Below, in pieces: positions 10,185 to 20,401 of a DNA stretch of 64,000 nucleotides. The position numbers and the translations under genes are program-made. Every line of letters starts with the position of its first letter. Positions within the stretch are counted from its first letter, which is position 1. The notes under the pieces are model-generated. The model was not told the origin of the DNA. It did no database searches and saw only the letters and a list, made by a program, of their open reading frames with translations. This DNA is from an uncultured Pelagibacteraceae bacterium (GTDB taxonomy: Bacteria > Pseudomonadota > Alphaproteobacteria > Pelagibacterales > Pelagibacteraceae), in the NCBI GenBank assembly GCA_905612235.1, contig CAJQRF010000011.1, positions 40,835 to 104,834 of the forward strand. The letters are read 5' to 3'.

Positions 10185-11090
10185 ATGAAAAACAAATATC
10201 CAAGAAATATGATTGGTTATGGGTCAAAAACTCCTACTATAAAATGGCCAAATAACTCAAAATTAGCTCTTCAAATAGTTTTAAATTATGAAGAGGGTTC
10301 AGAGAGCTGTGTTTTGCATGGAGATGGACATTCAGAAACTTTTTTATCAGAAATGGTTGGGGCTTTGCCTGTAAAAGGAAGACATATAAATATGGAATCG
10401 TTTTATGAATATGGTTCTCGTAGAGGTTTTTGGAGAATTCATGAAATGTTTCAAGAAAAAAAAATACCTTTAACTATTTTTGGTGTGGGGATGGCGTTAG
10501 AAAGAAATCAAAAAATATGTAATGCAATAAAAGAAGCTAACTATGAAGTAGCATCACATGGATGGAAATGGATTGATTATCAAAATGTATCAAAAGCTAA
10601 CGAAAAAAAACATATGGGTCTAGCAATAAAATCTATTAAAAAAATATTTGGTCAAAGACCTTTAGGTTGGTACACCGGCAGGTGTAGTTCAAATACAAGA
10701 GATTTAGTAATGGAAGAAGGTGGTTTCCTTTATGATAGCGATTCATACAGCGATGATCTTCCTTACTGGGAAGTTCGAGGTAAAAAGAAACAATTAATTA
10801 TCCCATATACGTTAGATAATAATGATATGAAGTTTGCTACCAGTCAAGGATTTAATAATGGTGATCAATTTTACACTTACTTGAAAGATAGTTTTGATAC
10901 CCTTTATAATGAAGGACAAACAAAACCCAAAATGATGTCTGTAGGATTACATTGTCGCTTAATAGGAAGGCCTGGAAGAATACAATCTTTAAAAAAGTTC
11001 CTTGATTATGTTCTAAAACATGACGATGTTTGGATCTGCAAACGCATAGACATTGCTCATCACTGGATAAAAAATTACTCAAATATTTAA
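10185..11090 (+). CDS. puuE: allantoinase PuuE (polysaccharide deacetylase family)
   Basis: VLNYEEG, YEYGSRRGFWR, GWYTGR and GLHCRLIGRP; followed by alc and allA. Confidence 0.92.
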   Translation: MKNKYPRNMIGYGSKTPTIKWPNNSKLALQIVLNYEEGSESCVLHGDGHSETFLSEMVGALPVKGRHINMESFYEYGSRRGFWRIHEMFQEKKIPLTIFGVGMALERNQKICNAIKEANYEVASHGWKWIDYQNVSKANEKKHMGLAIKSIKKIFGQRPLGWYTGRCSSNTRDLVMEEGGFLYDSDSYSDDLPYWEVRGKKKQLIIPYTLDNNDMKFATSQGFNNGDQFYTYLKDSFDTLYNEGQTKPKMMSVGLHCRLIGRPGRIQSLKKFLDYVLKHDDVWICKRIDIAHHWIKNYSNI

Positions 11091-11098
11091 ATTTTTTT

Positions 11099-12094
11099 AT
11101 GAAAAAGAATAAATATATTTATACAAATGGATTAATTGATTTAGCTCAATCAAGATTAGGATCAAAAATTGTTTTTAAGACTGATGAATTTTTTGCTCCA
11201 GCTAGTCGAATTATAAACCCACTGCCGCCTGTATTTAAAGAAGGTGTTTTCGACTTACATGGAAAATGGATGGATGGATGGGAAACTAGGAGAAAAAGAA
11301 AAAAAGGCCATGACTATTTAATAATAAAACTTGGAAAACCTGGTAGAGTTTCTAAAGTTAATATTGATACATCCTTTTTTAATGGAAACCAACCAACGCA
11401 AGTTTCTTTAGAAGCATGTTTTAGTAAAAAAAATATTCCATATAAAAAAATAAAGTGGAATAAAATACTAAGCAATAAAAAAATAAAAGCAAATAATCAT
11501 CATTTTTTTAATATAAAAAGCAAAACTATTTATTCTCATATTAAATTAAATATTTTTCCTGATGGGGGTATTGCTAGACTTAGAATTTATGGTTCTATAG
11601 ATAATAATAAAATTAAATTTAAAAAAAAAATGATTAATCTTACTTCAGTTTTAAATGGTGCATCGATAATAGCATGTAACAACGAACACTTTGGTAAAGC
11701 TGAAAATATATTAGCTCCAGGCATGGGGAAAAATATGGGTGATGGATGGGAAACTAGAAGAAGCAGAGGAAAGAATTTTGATTGGCTTATACTAAAATGT
11801 GTCACCGCTGGAAAAGTAAATAAAATTCAGATTGATACCCATCACTTTAAGGGAAATTTTCCAGATGCATGTAGTTTACAAGCTGCTTATATAACAAAGA
11901 ATAATACACCTCAATTAATTGTTCAAAATTCTAATAAATGGAAATTATTATTAAATAAAGTAAAGTTAGGACCTCATCGAAAACATAATTTTCAAAATAC
12001 TTTAATGAAGAATACTAAAATAAATTATGTTAAAATTAATATATTTCCTGATGGTGGCATATCAAGAATAAGATTGTTTGGAAATCCAAAATAA
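11099..12094 (+). CDS. alc: allantoicase
   Basis: Two repeats of DGWETRR and IFPDGG; start reassigned to ATG 11099. Confidence 0.93.
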   Translation: MKKNKYIYTNGLIDLAQSRLGSKIVFKTDEFFAPASRIINPLPPVFKEGVFDLHGKWMDGWETRRKRKKGHDYLIIKLGKPGRVSKVNIDTSFFNGNQPTQVSLEACFSKKNIPYKKIKWNKILSNKKIKANNHHFFNIKSKTIYSHIKLNIFPDGGIARLRIYGSIDNNKIKFKKKMINLTSVLNGASIIACNNEHFGKAENILAPGMGKNMGDGWETRRSRGKNFDWLILKCVTAGKVNKIQIDTHHFKGNFPDACSLQAAYITKNNTPQLIVQNSNKWKLLLNKVKLGPHRKHNFQNTLMKNTKINYVKINIFPDGGISRIRLFGNPK

Positions 12095-12588
12095 TGGAAA
12101 CTATTATAAAACCTGTTAAAGTTACAAAAGATAACTTTTCTGATTTTGGAGACGTAATATCTTCAGAAAATATAAAGCCAATTGATATTAACGCAGGTTA
12201 CGCAAAGAGATTTGATGATCTAGCCAATATTAATACTCTTAAAGGTGAGGGAAAAACTATAGTAAGTATTTTTTCTGCACTAAAAAGAAACTTTCCCATT
12301 GAGATTGATATGATGGAAAAACACCCATTGGGTAGCCAAGCTTTTATTCCAATGATTAAAACAACTTTTTTAGCATTTGTTGCGCCTCAAGGAGATTTGC
12401 CAGAAATTAATAAAATTAAATCTTTTGTTATCCCTCCTTCAAAAGGAATAAATTACAAGCCAGGTATTTGGCATTTTCCTTTAATTTCTACTGAAGATAC
12501 TGATTACCTGGTAATTGATAGAAAAGGAGACGGAGACAACTTAATTATTCATCAATTTAGTAAAGAAAAAATCATTCTTAAATACTAA
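12094..12588 (+). CDS. allA: ureidoglycolate lyase
   Basis: EKHPLGSQAFIP and GIWHFP motifs. Confidence 0.92.
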   Translation: METIIKPVKVTKDNFSDFGDVISSENIKPIDINAGYAKRFDDLANINTLKGEGKTIVSIFSALKRNFPIEIDMMEKHPLGSQAFIPMIKTTFLAFVAPQGDLPEINKIKSFVIPPSKGINYKPGIWHFPLISTEDTDYLVIDRKGDGDNLIIHQFSKEKIILKY

Positions 12589-12641
12589 TACTTCAAATGT
12601 ATTATGGACCGTAAATATAGTTCGGCAACCATAAAACAATT

Positions 12642-12719
12642 TGTGGAAATACAAATGCACCAACTATAATGATTGCTGAAAAAGCTGCAGACATGATAAT
12701 AGAAGATGACAAATTATGA
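12642..12719 (+). pseudogene. C-terminal remnant of a GMC oxidoreductase (choline dehydrogenase-like)
   Basis: Translates to [25 protein letters not shown], the conserved GMC C-terminal motif. In-frame TAG at 12618-12620 just upstream; the stop overlaps the next gene's ATG. Confidence 0.85.
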
Positions 12720-13291
12720 TTGAACAAATAATTATTTTTTTTCAAATAGTTTTTATAGACCTAGTCTTAGCAGGAGATAATGTAATTATTATCGGCATGG
12801 TGGCTTCTAAGTTTGATCTCAAATTAAGAAAAAAAATTATATTTTGGGGTATAGGAGCTGCAATTATCTTAAGAATTATATTTACTTTAATCACCGCATA
12901 TTTGCTTCAAATTAATGGTCTTAAATTTATAGGAGGATTACTACTGCTATATATTTCCTATAAACTTTATAAAGATGTAATTAAAAATAAAACAGAAAAT
13001 GAAGCTAATATTAAAGTTGATAAATCAAGTTTTTTTAAAGCAATTATGACAGTAATTATTGCAGATGTAAGCATGAGTTTAGATAATGTGCTGGGAGTTG
13101 CTGGTGCAGCCAAAGATCATTACATTTTATTAATTTTTGGTTTAATTTTATCTATTATTTTGATGGCTACAGTAGCTAATATTATATCTACATGGATAAA
13201 AAAATATAGATGGATTGGTTGGATAGGATTGTTTGCGATAGTGGTAGTTGCGATAGATTTAATTTATAGTGATTTAAAATTATTTTTATAA
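12716..13291 (+). CDS. TerC/YjbE family integral membrane protein
   Basis: DLVLAGDN and [11 protein letters not shown] motifs. Confidence 0.9.
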   Translation: MIEQIIIFFQIVFIDLVLAGDNVIIIGMVASKFDLKLRKKIIFWGIGAAIILRIIFTLITAYLLQINGLKFIGGLLLLYISYKLYKDVIKNKTENEANIKVDKSSFFKAIMTVIIADVSMSLDNVLGVAGAAKDHYILLIFGLILSIILMATVANIISTWIKKYRWIGWIGLFAIVVVAIDLIYSDLKLFL

Positions 13292-13293
13292 AT

Positions 13294-14061
13294 ATGTATC
13301 TTAAAAAAATAAATTTAAAAAATAAAACTGCCTTAGTTACTGGTGCAGGAAAAGGTATTGGCTTAGCTTGTGCTGTTGCTTTAGCTGAGGCTGGGGCTAA
13401 TTTAATTATCATTAGCAGAACTCAGAAAGATCTAGATAAAGTTGCTAAAATAATAAGAACATTTAAATCTAAATGTGTTTCTTACGCTTGCGATGTTACC
13501 AATTACTCGCAAATAAAAAGCTTCATAAATAAACAAAAAAAAATTGATATTTTGGTAAATAACGCTGGAACTAATATTCCTGAACATTTTACAAAAGTAA
13601 AAAAAAAAAATATGGAATATTTAGTTAAACTTAATACCGTAGCAACTTTTAATATAGCTCAACTATGTACTTTAAAAATGCTTGAATCAAAAAATAGAAA
13701 AAAAATAGGTGGTTCAATTATTAATATGTCTTCTCAAATGGCTCATGTGGGTGGTCCTACCAGAAGTGTTTACAATATGACAAAAGCTGGATTGGAAGGT
13801 TTGACTAAAGGTATGGCGCTTGATTTAGCAAAGAGTAATATTAGAGTCAATACGGTATGCCCAACTTTTATAGTTACTCCTATGACAAAAAAATTTCTTA
13901 AGGATAAAAAATTTAAAGAAACTATGTTAAAAAATATTCCATTAGGGAGATTTGCTCAAACAAGTGATGTGGCTACTACCGTTGCTTTTTTAGCTTCAGA
14001 TGCTTCTTCAATGATAACAGGAACTTCAATACTTATCGATGGTGGTTGGACAGCAATGTAG
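13294..14061 (+). CDS. short-chain dehydrogenase/reductase, candidate HpsO
   Basis: TGAGKGIG, NNAG and SSQMAHVGG...YNMTK catalytic YxxxK; HpsO identity is inferred from context only. Confidence 0.85.
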   Translation: MYLKKINLKNKTALVTGAGKGIGLACAVALAEAGANLIIISRTQKDLDKVAKIIRTFKSKCVSYACDVTNYSQIKSFINKQKKIDILVNNAGTNIPEHFTKVKKKNMEYLVKLNTVATFNIAQLCTLKMLESKNRKKIGGSIINMSSQMAHVGGPTRSVYNMTKAGLEGLTKGMALDLAKSNIRVNTVCPTFIVTPMTKKFLKDKKFKETMLKNIPLGRFAQTSDVATTVAFLASDASSMITGTSILIDGGWTAM

Positions 14062-14165
14062 AAAAGAAATTTGTATAGATCTAAGATACTATAATCCAAT
14101 CAAATATAATAATACATAATGATTTAATTTTTGTTAGGAATGATTTTGAAGTATAAGATAATAAT

Positions 14166-14537
14166 ATGAGTAATTTTACAGATGTAAAAGTGTTTATGGA
14201 AACTTTTGGCCAAATGGTAAGAACTAAACCAAATTTTCCAGACGATAAAACTATGCAGCTTAGACTTGATTTAATTAAAGAAGAGTTGAGTGAATTAGAA
14301 GAGGCGATGAAAACTAAAAATCTAAAAGAAATTGCTGATGCTTTAACTGATATTTTGTATGTCACTTATGGTGCGGGATATGCGTATGGCATAGATTTAG
14401 ACCAATGTTTTAAAGAAGTGCAAAGAGCAAATATGAGTAAATTGGGAAAAGATGGAAAACCTATTTATAATGAAAAAGGTAAAGTAATGAAAGGACCTAA
14501 TTATATTGGTCCAAACCTCAAGCCGTTTGTAGAGTGA
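14166..14537 (+). CDS. MazG-like/PRA-PH nucleoside triphosphate pyrophosphohydrolase
   Basis: EELSEL, DALTDILYVTYG, NMSK and GKVMKG motifs. Confidence 0.88.
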   Translation: MSNFTDVKVFMETFGQMVRTKPNFPDDKTMQLRLDLIKEELSELEEAMKTKNLKEIADALTDILYVTYGAGYAYGIDLDQCFKEVQRANMSKLGKDGKPIYNEKGKVMKGPNYIGPNLKPFVE

Positions 14538-14884
14538 GCAAAAGAAAAATAACAGACCCATTTAATGTAAAATTTAAACCATTTAATAACTATGGTTCAC
14601 CAATTCCTGGAATGAGTTGGCATAAAATTACTTATAAACAAAAAACAGGACAAGGAACTTATATATTAAAAATGGAACCAGGTGCAAAAAGCAAACTCCA
14701 TAAACATGTAGATTTTGAAGAATTTATTATGCTTGATGGTGATCTGATTGATCCTGACAATAAAACTTTTAAAAAAGGAGACATCGTAACATTCGCGCCA
14801 GGCACTAGTCATTCTTCTTACACAAAAAATGGTTGTTTAATTCTAGTTTTTATGAGAGCTCTTAACAAAGCAATTAACAAATAA
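14534..14884 (+). CDS. ChrR-like cupin domain protein
   Basis: HKHVDFEEFIMLDG and GTSHSS cupin motifs; GTG start overlaps the previous stop. Confidence 0.75.
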   Translation: MSKRKITDPFNVKFKPFNNYGSPIPGMSWHKITYKQKTGQGTYILKMEPGAKSKLHKHVDFEEFIMLDGDLIDPDNKTFKKGDIVTFAPGTSHSSYTKNGCLILVFMRALNKAINK

Positions 14885-14914
14885 AACTAATAAATTTTAA
14901 GGAATTAAATTAGC

Positions 14915-15643
14915 ATGATTGGAATTTTAGGTGGAATGGGAACGCAGGCTGGCCTAGATTTCTGCAATAAGTTAGCAATTTTAAATAGAGGTAAAGTTGA
15001 TCAAAAGTATCCGATCTTCATATTATACAATAAATCAAATATTCCTGGGAGACCTGAAAACTTACACAAATACAACAAAGTATTAAAAAGTTTAATTAAA
15101 GGATGTCTTTTACTTCAAAAAAATAAATGTAAATTTATTGTTATTCCTTGTAACACTGCGCATTATTGGTACGACGATTTACAAAAAAGAATTAGAATCC
15201 CAATAATTAGTATGCCTAAAGAAGTATATCTACACGCTAAAAAAAATTGTAAAAACAATTCTAAAATAGGAATTCTTGCTACTGAAGAAACGTTAAAAAC
15301 TAACGTTTATTATAAGTTTTTTTATAAAAACTTCAGTCTAATAAGTCCAAAAAAATCTTTACAAACTAAAAATGTCAATAAAGCAATTAAATATGTAAAA
15401 ATGGGAAAAATTAAAAATGCAGAACAAATTATAAAGCCCGCTATCAATTATTTAATAAAAATGAAATGTAGCAAAATAATATTAGGATGTACTGAGTTGC
15501 CGATAGCAATTTTTGCATTTAAATCTTTTAAAAAAATAAAGTTATCTAAGATTTTTTTAGACCCTAATTTAATATTAGCCAGTGCTTCAATGAAAAAATA
15601 CAAAAGTTTTCAAGCGAGAGGATTAAAACAAATAAAGAGCTAA
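14915..15643 (+). CDS. aspartate/glutamate racemase family protein
   Basis: GILGGMG, PCNTAH and GCTEL two-cysteine motifs. Confidence 0.9.
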   Translation: MIGILGGMGTQAGLDFCNKLAILNRGKVDQKYPIFILYNKSNIPGRPENLHKYNKVLKSLIKGCLLLQKNKCKFIVIPCNTAHYWYDDLQKRIRIPIISMPKEVYLHAKKNCKNNSKIGILATEETLKTNVYYKFFYKNFSLISPKKSLQTKNVNKAIKYVKMGKIKNAEQIIKPAINYLIKMKCSKIILGCTELPIAIFAFKSFKKIKLSKIFLDPNLILASASMKKYKSFQARGLKQIKS

Positions 15644-15657
15644 AAAAATCTTTGTAA

Positions 15658-16272
15658 TTACATTTCACCAACTAATTGAGCTAAAACATAAAAAGCCAAG
15701 AAGGACATAAATATAATAATTAATATATTTATTATTTTCCAGATTTCTTCAGTTTTAAGATAGTTAGATAAATGCTTAGAGGCATATCCAATGAAAAAGA
15801 AAAATATTATTGATGATGTGGATGCTCCCAAACCAAAAAATATTTTTTGTTTTAACATAAGATCTTTAGAAAAATTACCTAAGAAAAAAACAGTATCAGA
15901 ATACACGTGTGGATTAAGGTAAGTAAAACCTAATGTTTTAAATATGATTGGTATCAATGATTCTTTATTATTCTTAACACTTAAATTCAATTTATCTATT
16001 TTAGTATTAATTTTACTCCATATAAAATGTAATAAAAAAATTAATAATAATATATTTAAAATAAATTCAATAAATGGTGTAAAAAAATCTTGAAAAAAAT
16101 GAAATACAAAAATTCCTAAAAAAATTAATAAAAAATCAGAAATTGAACAAATCAAACAAACAATAAAGGTGTACTCTTTTTTTAAACCCTGCTCTATTAC
16201 AAAAATATTTTGTGCTCCTATGGCTAAAATCAAACTCATTCCAGTAACAAAACCAAGGATTAAGTAACTCAT
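15658..16272 (-). CDS. LysE/ArgO family amino acid exporter
   Basis: IGAQNIFVIEQG and LNPHVYSDT motifs. Confidence 0.9.
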   Translation of the reverse strand: MSYLILGFVTGMSLILAIGAQNIFVIEQGLKKEYTFIVCLICSISDFLLIFLGIFVFHFFQDFFTPFIEFILNILLLIFLLHFIWSKINTKIDKLNLSVKNNKESLIPIIFKTLGFTYLNPHVYSDTVFFLGNFSKDLMLKQKIFFGLGASTSSIIFFFFIGYASKHLSNYLKTEEIWKIINILIIIFMSFLAFYVLAQLVGEM

Positions 16273-16277
16273 AATTA

Positions 16278-17039
16278 TTATCTTCTTTTGTTTAAAAATT
16301 TATTAATTACATTATTAAACTCTTTAACTTTTTCTAAATGAATGTTGTGAGCGCAATCTTTAAAAATAACAAGTGAACTATTTGAAATATGATGATTTAA
16401 AGTTTGAGCTTGTTTTCTATTATACGATTTATCTTTATCTCCCCACACAATTAAAGTTTCATTTTTTATATTTTTTAAATTTTTCAGACCATTCCAATTT
16501 TTCATAGCTATCAAAGCATTATCTGCTGTTTCAGCAGTGGTGAAATTATCAGTACCAGAGCAAAGATAAAAATGCTTTGCTTTTTCTCTTTCAATAAACC
16601 ATGTTTTGGCAATTTTAAGCGCTGTTGTTTGCAATCCATTTTTTTTAATTTTTTCTCTAGATTTGTCAATTGTTTCAAATCGTCCAGGCATTTCTCCTAT
16701 TGGACCTGTGCTGTAACAAACTAACTTTGAAATTTTTTCTCCGTTTATTTTTGCCATTTCTTGAACAATCATACCCCCCATTGAATGTCCTAATAGATTA
16801 TACTTATTTATTTTTTTTTCTTTTAAACAATTTACTAACAATTTGGCGATTGACTTTATGCAATTATGTGATTTTATATTTTTGCTTTTACCAAAACCTG
16901 GGAGGTCTGGAGCAATTACTCTAAAGCTTTTTTTAAAAAAATTTATTTGAGGCTTCCATATTTTGGACGAACCTAAAAAACCGTGAACAAATACTAGAGG
17001 AAAACCTTTTCCTATATCTTCAATGTATATATCATGCAT
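16278..17039 (-). CDS. alpha/beta hydrolase
   Basis: HGFLG, DLPGFG, GHSMGG nucleophile elbow and a C-terminal His. Confidence 0.9.
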   Translation of the reverse strand: MHDIYIEDIGKGFPLVFVHGFLGSSKIWKPQINFFKKSFRVIAPDLPGFGKSKNIKSHNCIKSIAKLLVNCLKEKKINKYNLLGHSMGGMIVQEMAKINGEKISKLVCYSTGPIGEMPGRFETIDKSREKIKKNGLQTTALKIAKTWFIEREKAKHFYLCSGTDNFTTAETADNALIAMKNWNGLKNLKNIKNETLIVWGDKDKSYNRKQAQTLNHHISNSSLVIFKDCAHNIHLEKVKEFNNVINKFLNKRR

Positions 17040-17987
17040 TTAATTTAAAGATTTAGGTAATTTAAAGGTTACACTTTCTTTTGTTAGAACAATTTCTTCA
17101 ATAATAACTTTGCAGTGTTTTTTTATTTCATTAATAAGATTTTGAACTAATTGCTCAGGCGCAGATGCTCCAGAAGTAATTCCTATTTTTTTACTTTTAA
17201 TAATTAAATCAATTGGCAGTTTTTCACCAAAAGTTATTAGTTCTGAGTTGATGCAGCCAGATTTTTTTGCTACTTCGATCAATCTTTGGGAATTTGATGA
17301 ATTTTCACTTCCAACTACAAAAAACATATCACACATAGGTGCAATTTTTTTAACAGCTTCCTGTCGATTTGTTGTTGCATAACAAATATCTTCTTTGATA
17401 GGTGATTTTATTTTAGGAAATTTACTTTTGAATACGTCAATAATATCTTTCGTATCATCAACCGATAGTGTCGTCTGAGTAACATAAGACACTGGTTTAC
17501 TTATTTGTTTTTCATTTATATTTTGAGCATCTTCATATGTCTCAATTAATTTTATAGATCCTTTTGGAAGCTGACCCATTGTGCCGAGAACCTCTGGATG
17601 ATTTTTATGACCTACTAGAAATATATAATAACCATTTTTATAATGAAATTCAGCTTCTCTATGAACCTTTGTCACAAGAGGACATGTGGCATCTATATGA
17701 AACATTTTTTTAGAAGAGGCTTCTTCTGGAACTGATTTTGGAACGCCGTGAGCAGAAAAAATAACAGGTCTTGAATGGTCTTCTATTTCATTAAGTTCTT
17801 CTACAAAAACAGCACCTTTTTTTTTTAAATCATCTACTACATGTTTATTATGAACTATTTCATGTCTTACATAAACAGGTGTACCATATTTATCTAAAGC
17901 TTTTTCAACTATATCTATAGCTCTAACAACGCCAGCACAAAAACCTCTTGGGGCCGCTAAAAGTATTTTAATTTCTTTTTTTTTCAT
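17040..17987 (-). CDS. ispH: 4-hydroxy-3-methylbut-2-enyl diphosphate reductase
   Basis: PRGFCAGV, DATCPLV, ICYATTNRQ and SSNS motifs. Confidence 0.97.
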   Translation of the reverse strand: MKKKEIKILLAAPRGFCAGVVRAIDIVEKALDKYGTPVYVRHEIVHNKHVVDDLKKKGAVFVEELNEIEDHSRPVIFSAHGVPKSVPEEASSKKMFHIDATCPLVTKVHREAEFHYKNGYYIFLVGHKNHPEVLGTMGQLPKGSIKLIETYEDAQNINEKQISKPVSYVTQTTLSVDDTKDIIDVFKSKFPKIKSPIKEDICYATTNRQEAVKKIAPMCDMFFVVGSENSSNSQRLIEVAKKSGCINSELITFGEKLPIDLIIKSKKIGITSGASAPEQLVQNLINEIKKHCKVIIEEIVLTKESVTFKLPKSLN

Positions 17988-18168
17988 TTTTCTCTAATAA
18001 ATATTCAAGCAATATATGCGGAAATGTTAAAGACGCCAATCCAATAAATATAGTTTTTGTTAATAAGCTATTTAAGTATGCATCATTTAAATTAAACATA
18101 AATAAAGCTGAAAAAATAAATAAGACCCCAGTTAAAGCTGTTAAAGGAAACGACATAATAAGAAATTT
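17968..18168 (-). pseudogene. blh: 3' remnant of a Brp/Blh beta-carotene 15,15'-dioxygenase
   Basis: KFLIMSFPLT...IFIGLASLTFPHILLEY resembles the last two TM helices of Blh. An in-frame TAA lies immediately upstream and only ~60 bp separate it from the xsc stop. Confidence 0.7.
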
Positions 18169-18226
18169 TTACAAAGAAACGTCTTTAAAGAGCTTAAAAT
18201 AGATAATTTCAACTTTAAAAATGATT

Positions 18227-20002
18227 TTAAACTTGTTGAACCTTCATGTCTTTAATATTGATACCAGCTACTTGAACGGGTTTTTTCATAGCATCTCTTC
18301 TAAAAGGTTCACCCAATTCTTGGTTTAAAATTATTTCTATAAAAGTGGTTATGCCTTTTTTTTGATCTTCACATGATTGCTTGATTGCATTAGTAGTTTC
18401 TTCCATGGTTTTCACCGTAATACCTTTTAATCCACATGCGTCAGCTACTTTGGCATAACTTAATTCTGGATCTAACTCTGTACCAACGAAATTATCATCA
18501 AACCATAAAATAGAATTTCTTTTTTCAGCTCCCCATTGGTAGTTTCTAAAAATTACCATAGCAATCGCTGGCCATTCTTTTCTTGCGCAAGAACTCATTT
18601 CATTCATGCTGATGCCAAAAGCTCCGTCACCAGCAAAACCAATCACTGGGGTTTTAGGACAACCAATTTTTGCACCTAAAATAGATGGAAAGCCATAACC
18701 GCAAGGGCCGAAAAGTCCTGGTGCTAAATATTTTCTTCCTTTTTCAAAAGTTGGGTATGCATTTCCGATTGCACAATTATTACCTATATCACTAGATATT
18801 ATAACATCTTCCGGCATTCCTGCTTGAATAGCTCTCCACGCTTGTCTAGGTGACATTCTATCCTTATCTCTTTCTCTAGCCTCTTTATTCCAAACAGTTC
18901 CTTTGTCATCGTCTTCATGATCTAAACTTGATAATTTTTGTAACCAAGCAGATTTTGTTTGGTGAATTAAATTTTTTCTTTTTTCTCTACCAGTATCACC
19001 AGCATCAGATGAAAGTTTATCAAGTATTTGTTTCGCAACTAATTTTGCATCTCCACAAATCCCAACTGTTACTTTCTTGGTCAAACCTATTCTATCAGAA
19101 TTCATATCAACTTGAATTATACTTGCATCTTTAGGCCAATAATCCATTCCATAACCTGGTAAAGTTGAAAAAGGATTTAATCTTGTTCCAAGAGCTAAAA
19201 CAACATCAGCTTTAGAAATTAATTCCATTGCTGCCTTTGATCCATTGTATCCAAGTGGTCCAACTGCAAGAGCGTGGCTACCTGGAAAACTATCATTATG
19301 TTGATATCCCGAACATACAGGTGCATCTAATTTTTCTGCAAGTTTTTTACAATCCTCTATAGCTCCTCCAATAACAACACCTGCGCCTGATAAAATAACT
19401 GGAAATTTTGCTTCAGATAACAATTTTGCAGCTCTATTAATTGCTTCAAATCCTCCTGCTTGTCTTTCCAATCTAACTATTGGTGGTAACTCAATATCAA
19501 TAACTTGAGTCCAATAATCTCTTGGCACATTTATTTGTGCTGGAGCTGAACCTCTTATAGCTTTTTCAATGACACGATTTAAAACTTCTGCCATTCTTGA
19601 TGCGTCTCTAACTTCTTCTTGATAGCAAACCATATCTTTAAATAAATTCATTTGTTCTACTTCTTGAAATCCACCTTGACCCATTGTTTTATTTGCTGCT
19701 TGAGGTGTCACTAAAAGTAATGGAGTATGATTCCAGTAAGCTGTTTTTATTGGTGTTACTAATCCTGTAATACCTGGTCCATTTTGCGCAATAACCATTG
19801 ACATTTTTCCAGTTGATCTTGTATATCCGTCAGCAATTAAACCACCGTTAGTTTCATGAGCAACATCCCAGAATGTAATACCTGCTTTTGGAAATATATC
19901 TGAAATCGGCATAAATGCTGAGCCGATAATTCCAAAAGCATGTTCTATGCCATGCATTTGCAGCACTTTTACGAAAGCTTCTTCTGTTGTCATTTTTGTC
20001 AT
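18227..20002 (-). CDS. xsc: sulfoacetaldehyde acetyltransferase
   Basis: MTTEEAFVKVLQMHGIEHAFGIIGSA N-terminus, GDGAFG...NYQWGAE ThDP motif and LGEPFRRDAMK; start set at MTKMTTEE. Confidence 0.96.
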   Translation of the reverse strand: MTKMTTEEAFVKVLQMHGIEHAFGIIGSAFMPISDIFPKAGITFWDVAHETNGGLIADGYTRSTGKMSMVIAQNGPGITGLVTPIKTAYWNHTPLLLVTPQAANKTMGQGGFQEVEQMNLFKDMVCYQEEVRDASRMAEVLNRVIEKAIRGSAPAQINVPRDYWTQVIDIELPPIVRLERQAGGFEAINRAAKLLSEAKFPVILSGAGVVIGGAIEDCKKLAEKLDAPVCSGYQHNDSFPGSHALAVGPLGYNGSKAAMELISKADVVLALGTRLNPFSTLPGYGMDYWPKDASIIQVDMNSDRIGLTKKVTVGICGDAKLVAKQILDKLSSDAGDTGREKRKNLIHQTKSAWLQKLSSLDHEDDDKGTVWNKEARERDKDRMSPRQAWRAIQAGMPEDVIISSDIGNNCAIGNAYPTFEKGRKYLAPGLFGPCGYGFPSILGAKIGCPKTPVIGFAGDGAFGISMNEMSSCARKEWPAIAMVIFRNYQWGAEKRNSILWFDDNFVGTELDPELSYAKVADACGLKGITVKTMEETTNAIKQSCEDQKKGITTFIEIILNQELGEPFRRDAMKKPVQVAGINIKDMKVQQV

Positions 20003-20109
20003 AAAATATCTTTTTAAATAAATTTTTCTTAATATTGGCGTTTTTTTGCTTAATGTCAAAAAACTTACTTTAATTATATCAAATTTAGGTCTATATCCAG
20101 TAAGAAAAA

Positions 20110-20397
20110 ATGTCTCAAACAGATTTAATAATTCATGATGAAAAAGATAACGTTGCAGTAGTTGTTGTTGAAAAAACAACGAAAAATCAAGAATGCAATG
20201 GTTGGATTATGGAAAACGATAAAACCATTAACATTACATCAATCAATGAAATTCCATTAGGTCATAAAATAGCTCTACAGGATCTTAAAGAAGGCGATAC
20301 AATACTAAAATATGGTCATGATATTGGTAAAGTTGTTAAGCCAATAGCAAAAGGTGATCATGTTCATGTTCACAATGTCAAAACTAAGAAGTGGTAA
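20110..20397 (+). CDS. suyA: sulfolactate sulfo-lyase subunit A (UxaA SAF domain)
   Basis: [18 protein letters not shown] and [12 protein letters not shown] motifs. Confidence 0.88.
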   Translation: MSQTDLIIHDEKDNVAVVVVEKTTKNQECNGWIMENDKTINITSINEIPLGHKIALQDLKEGDTILKYGHDIGKVVKPIAKGDHVHVHNVKTKKW

Positions 20398-20401
20398 AAA
20401 T

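Noticed and set aside
14534..14884. DMSP lyase DddK
   Set aside because: Cupin motif spacing and ends look ChrR-like; nothing specific supports DddK.
20003..20179. N-terminal extension of xsc in the ORF track
   Set aside because: Overlaps suyA and the divergent promoter region; Xsc similarity begins at MTKMTTEE.
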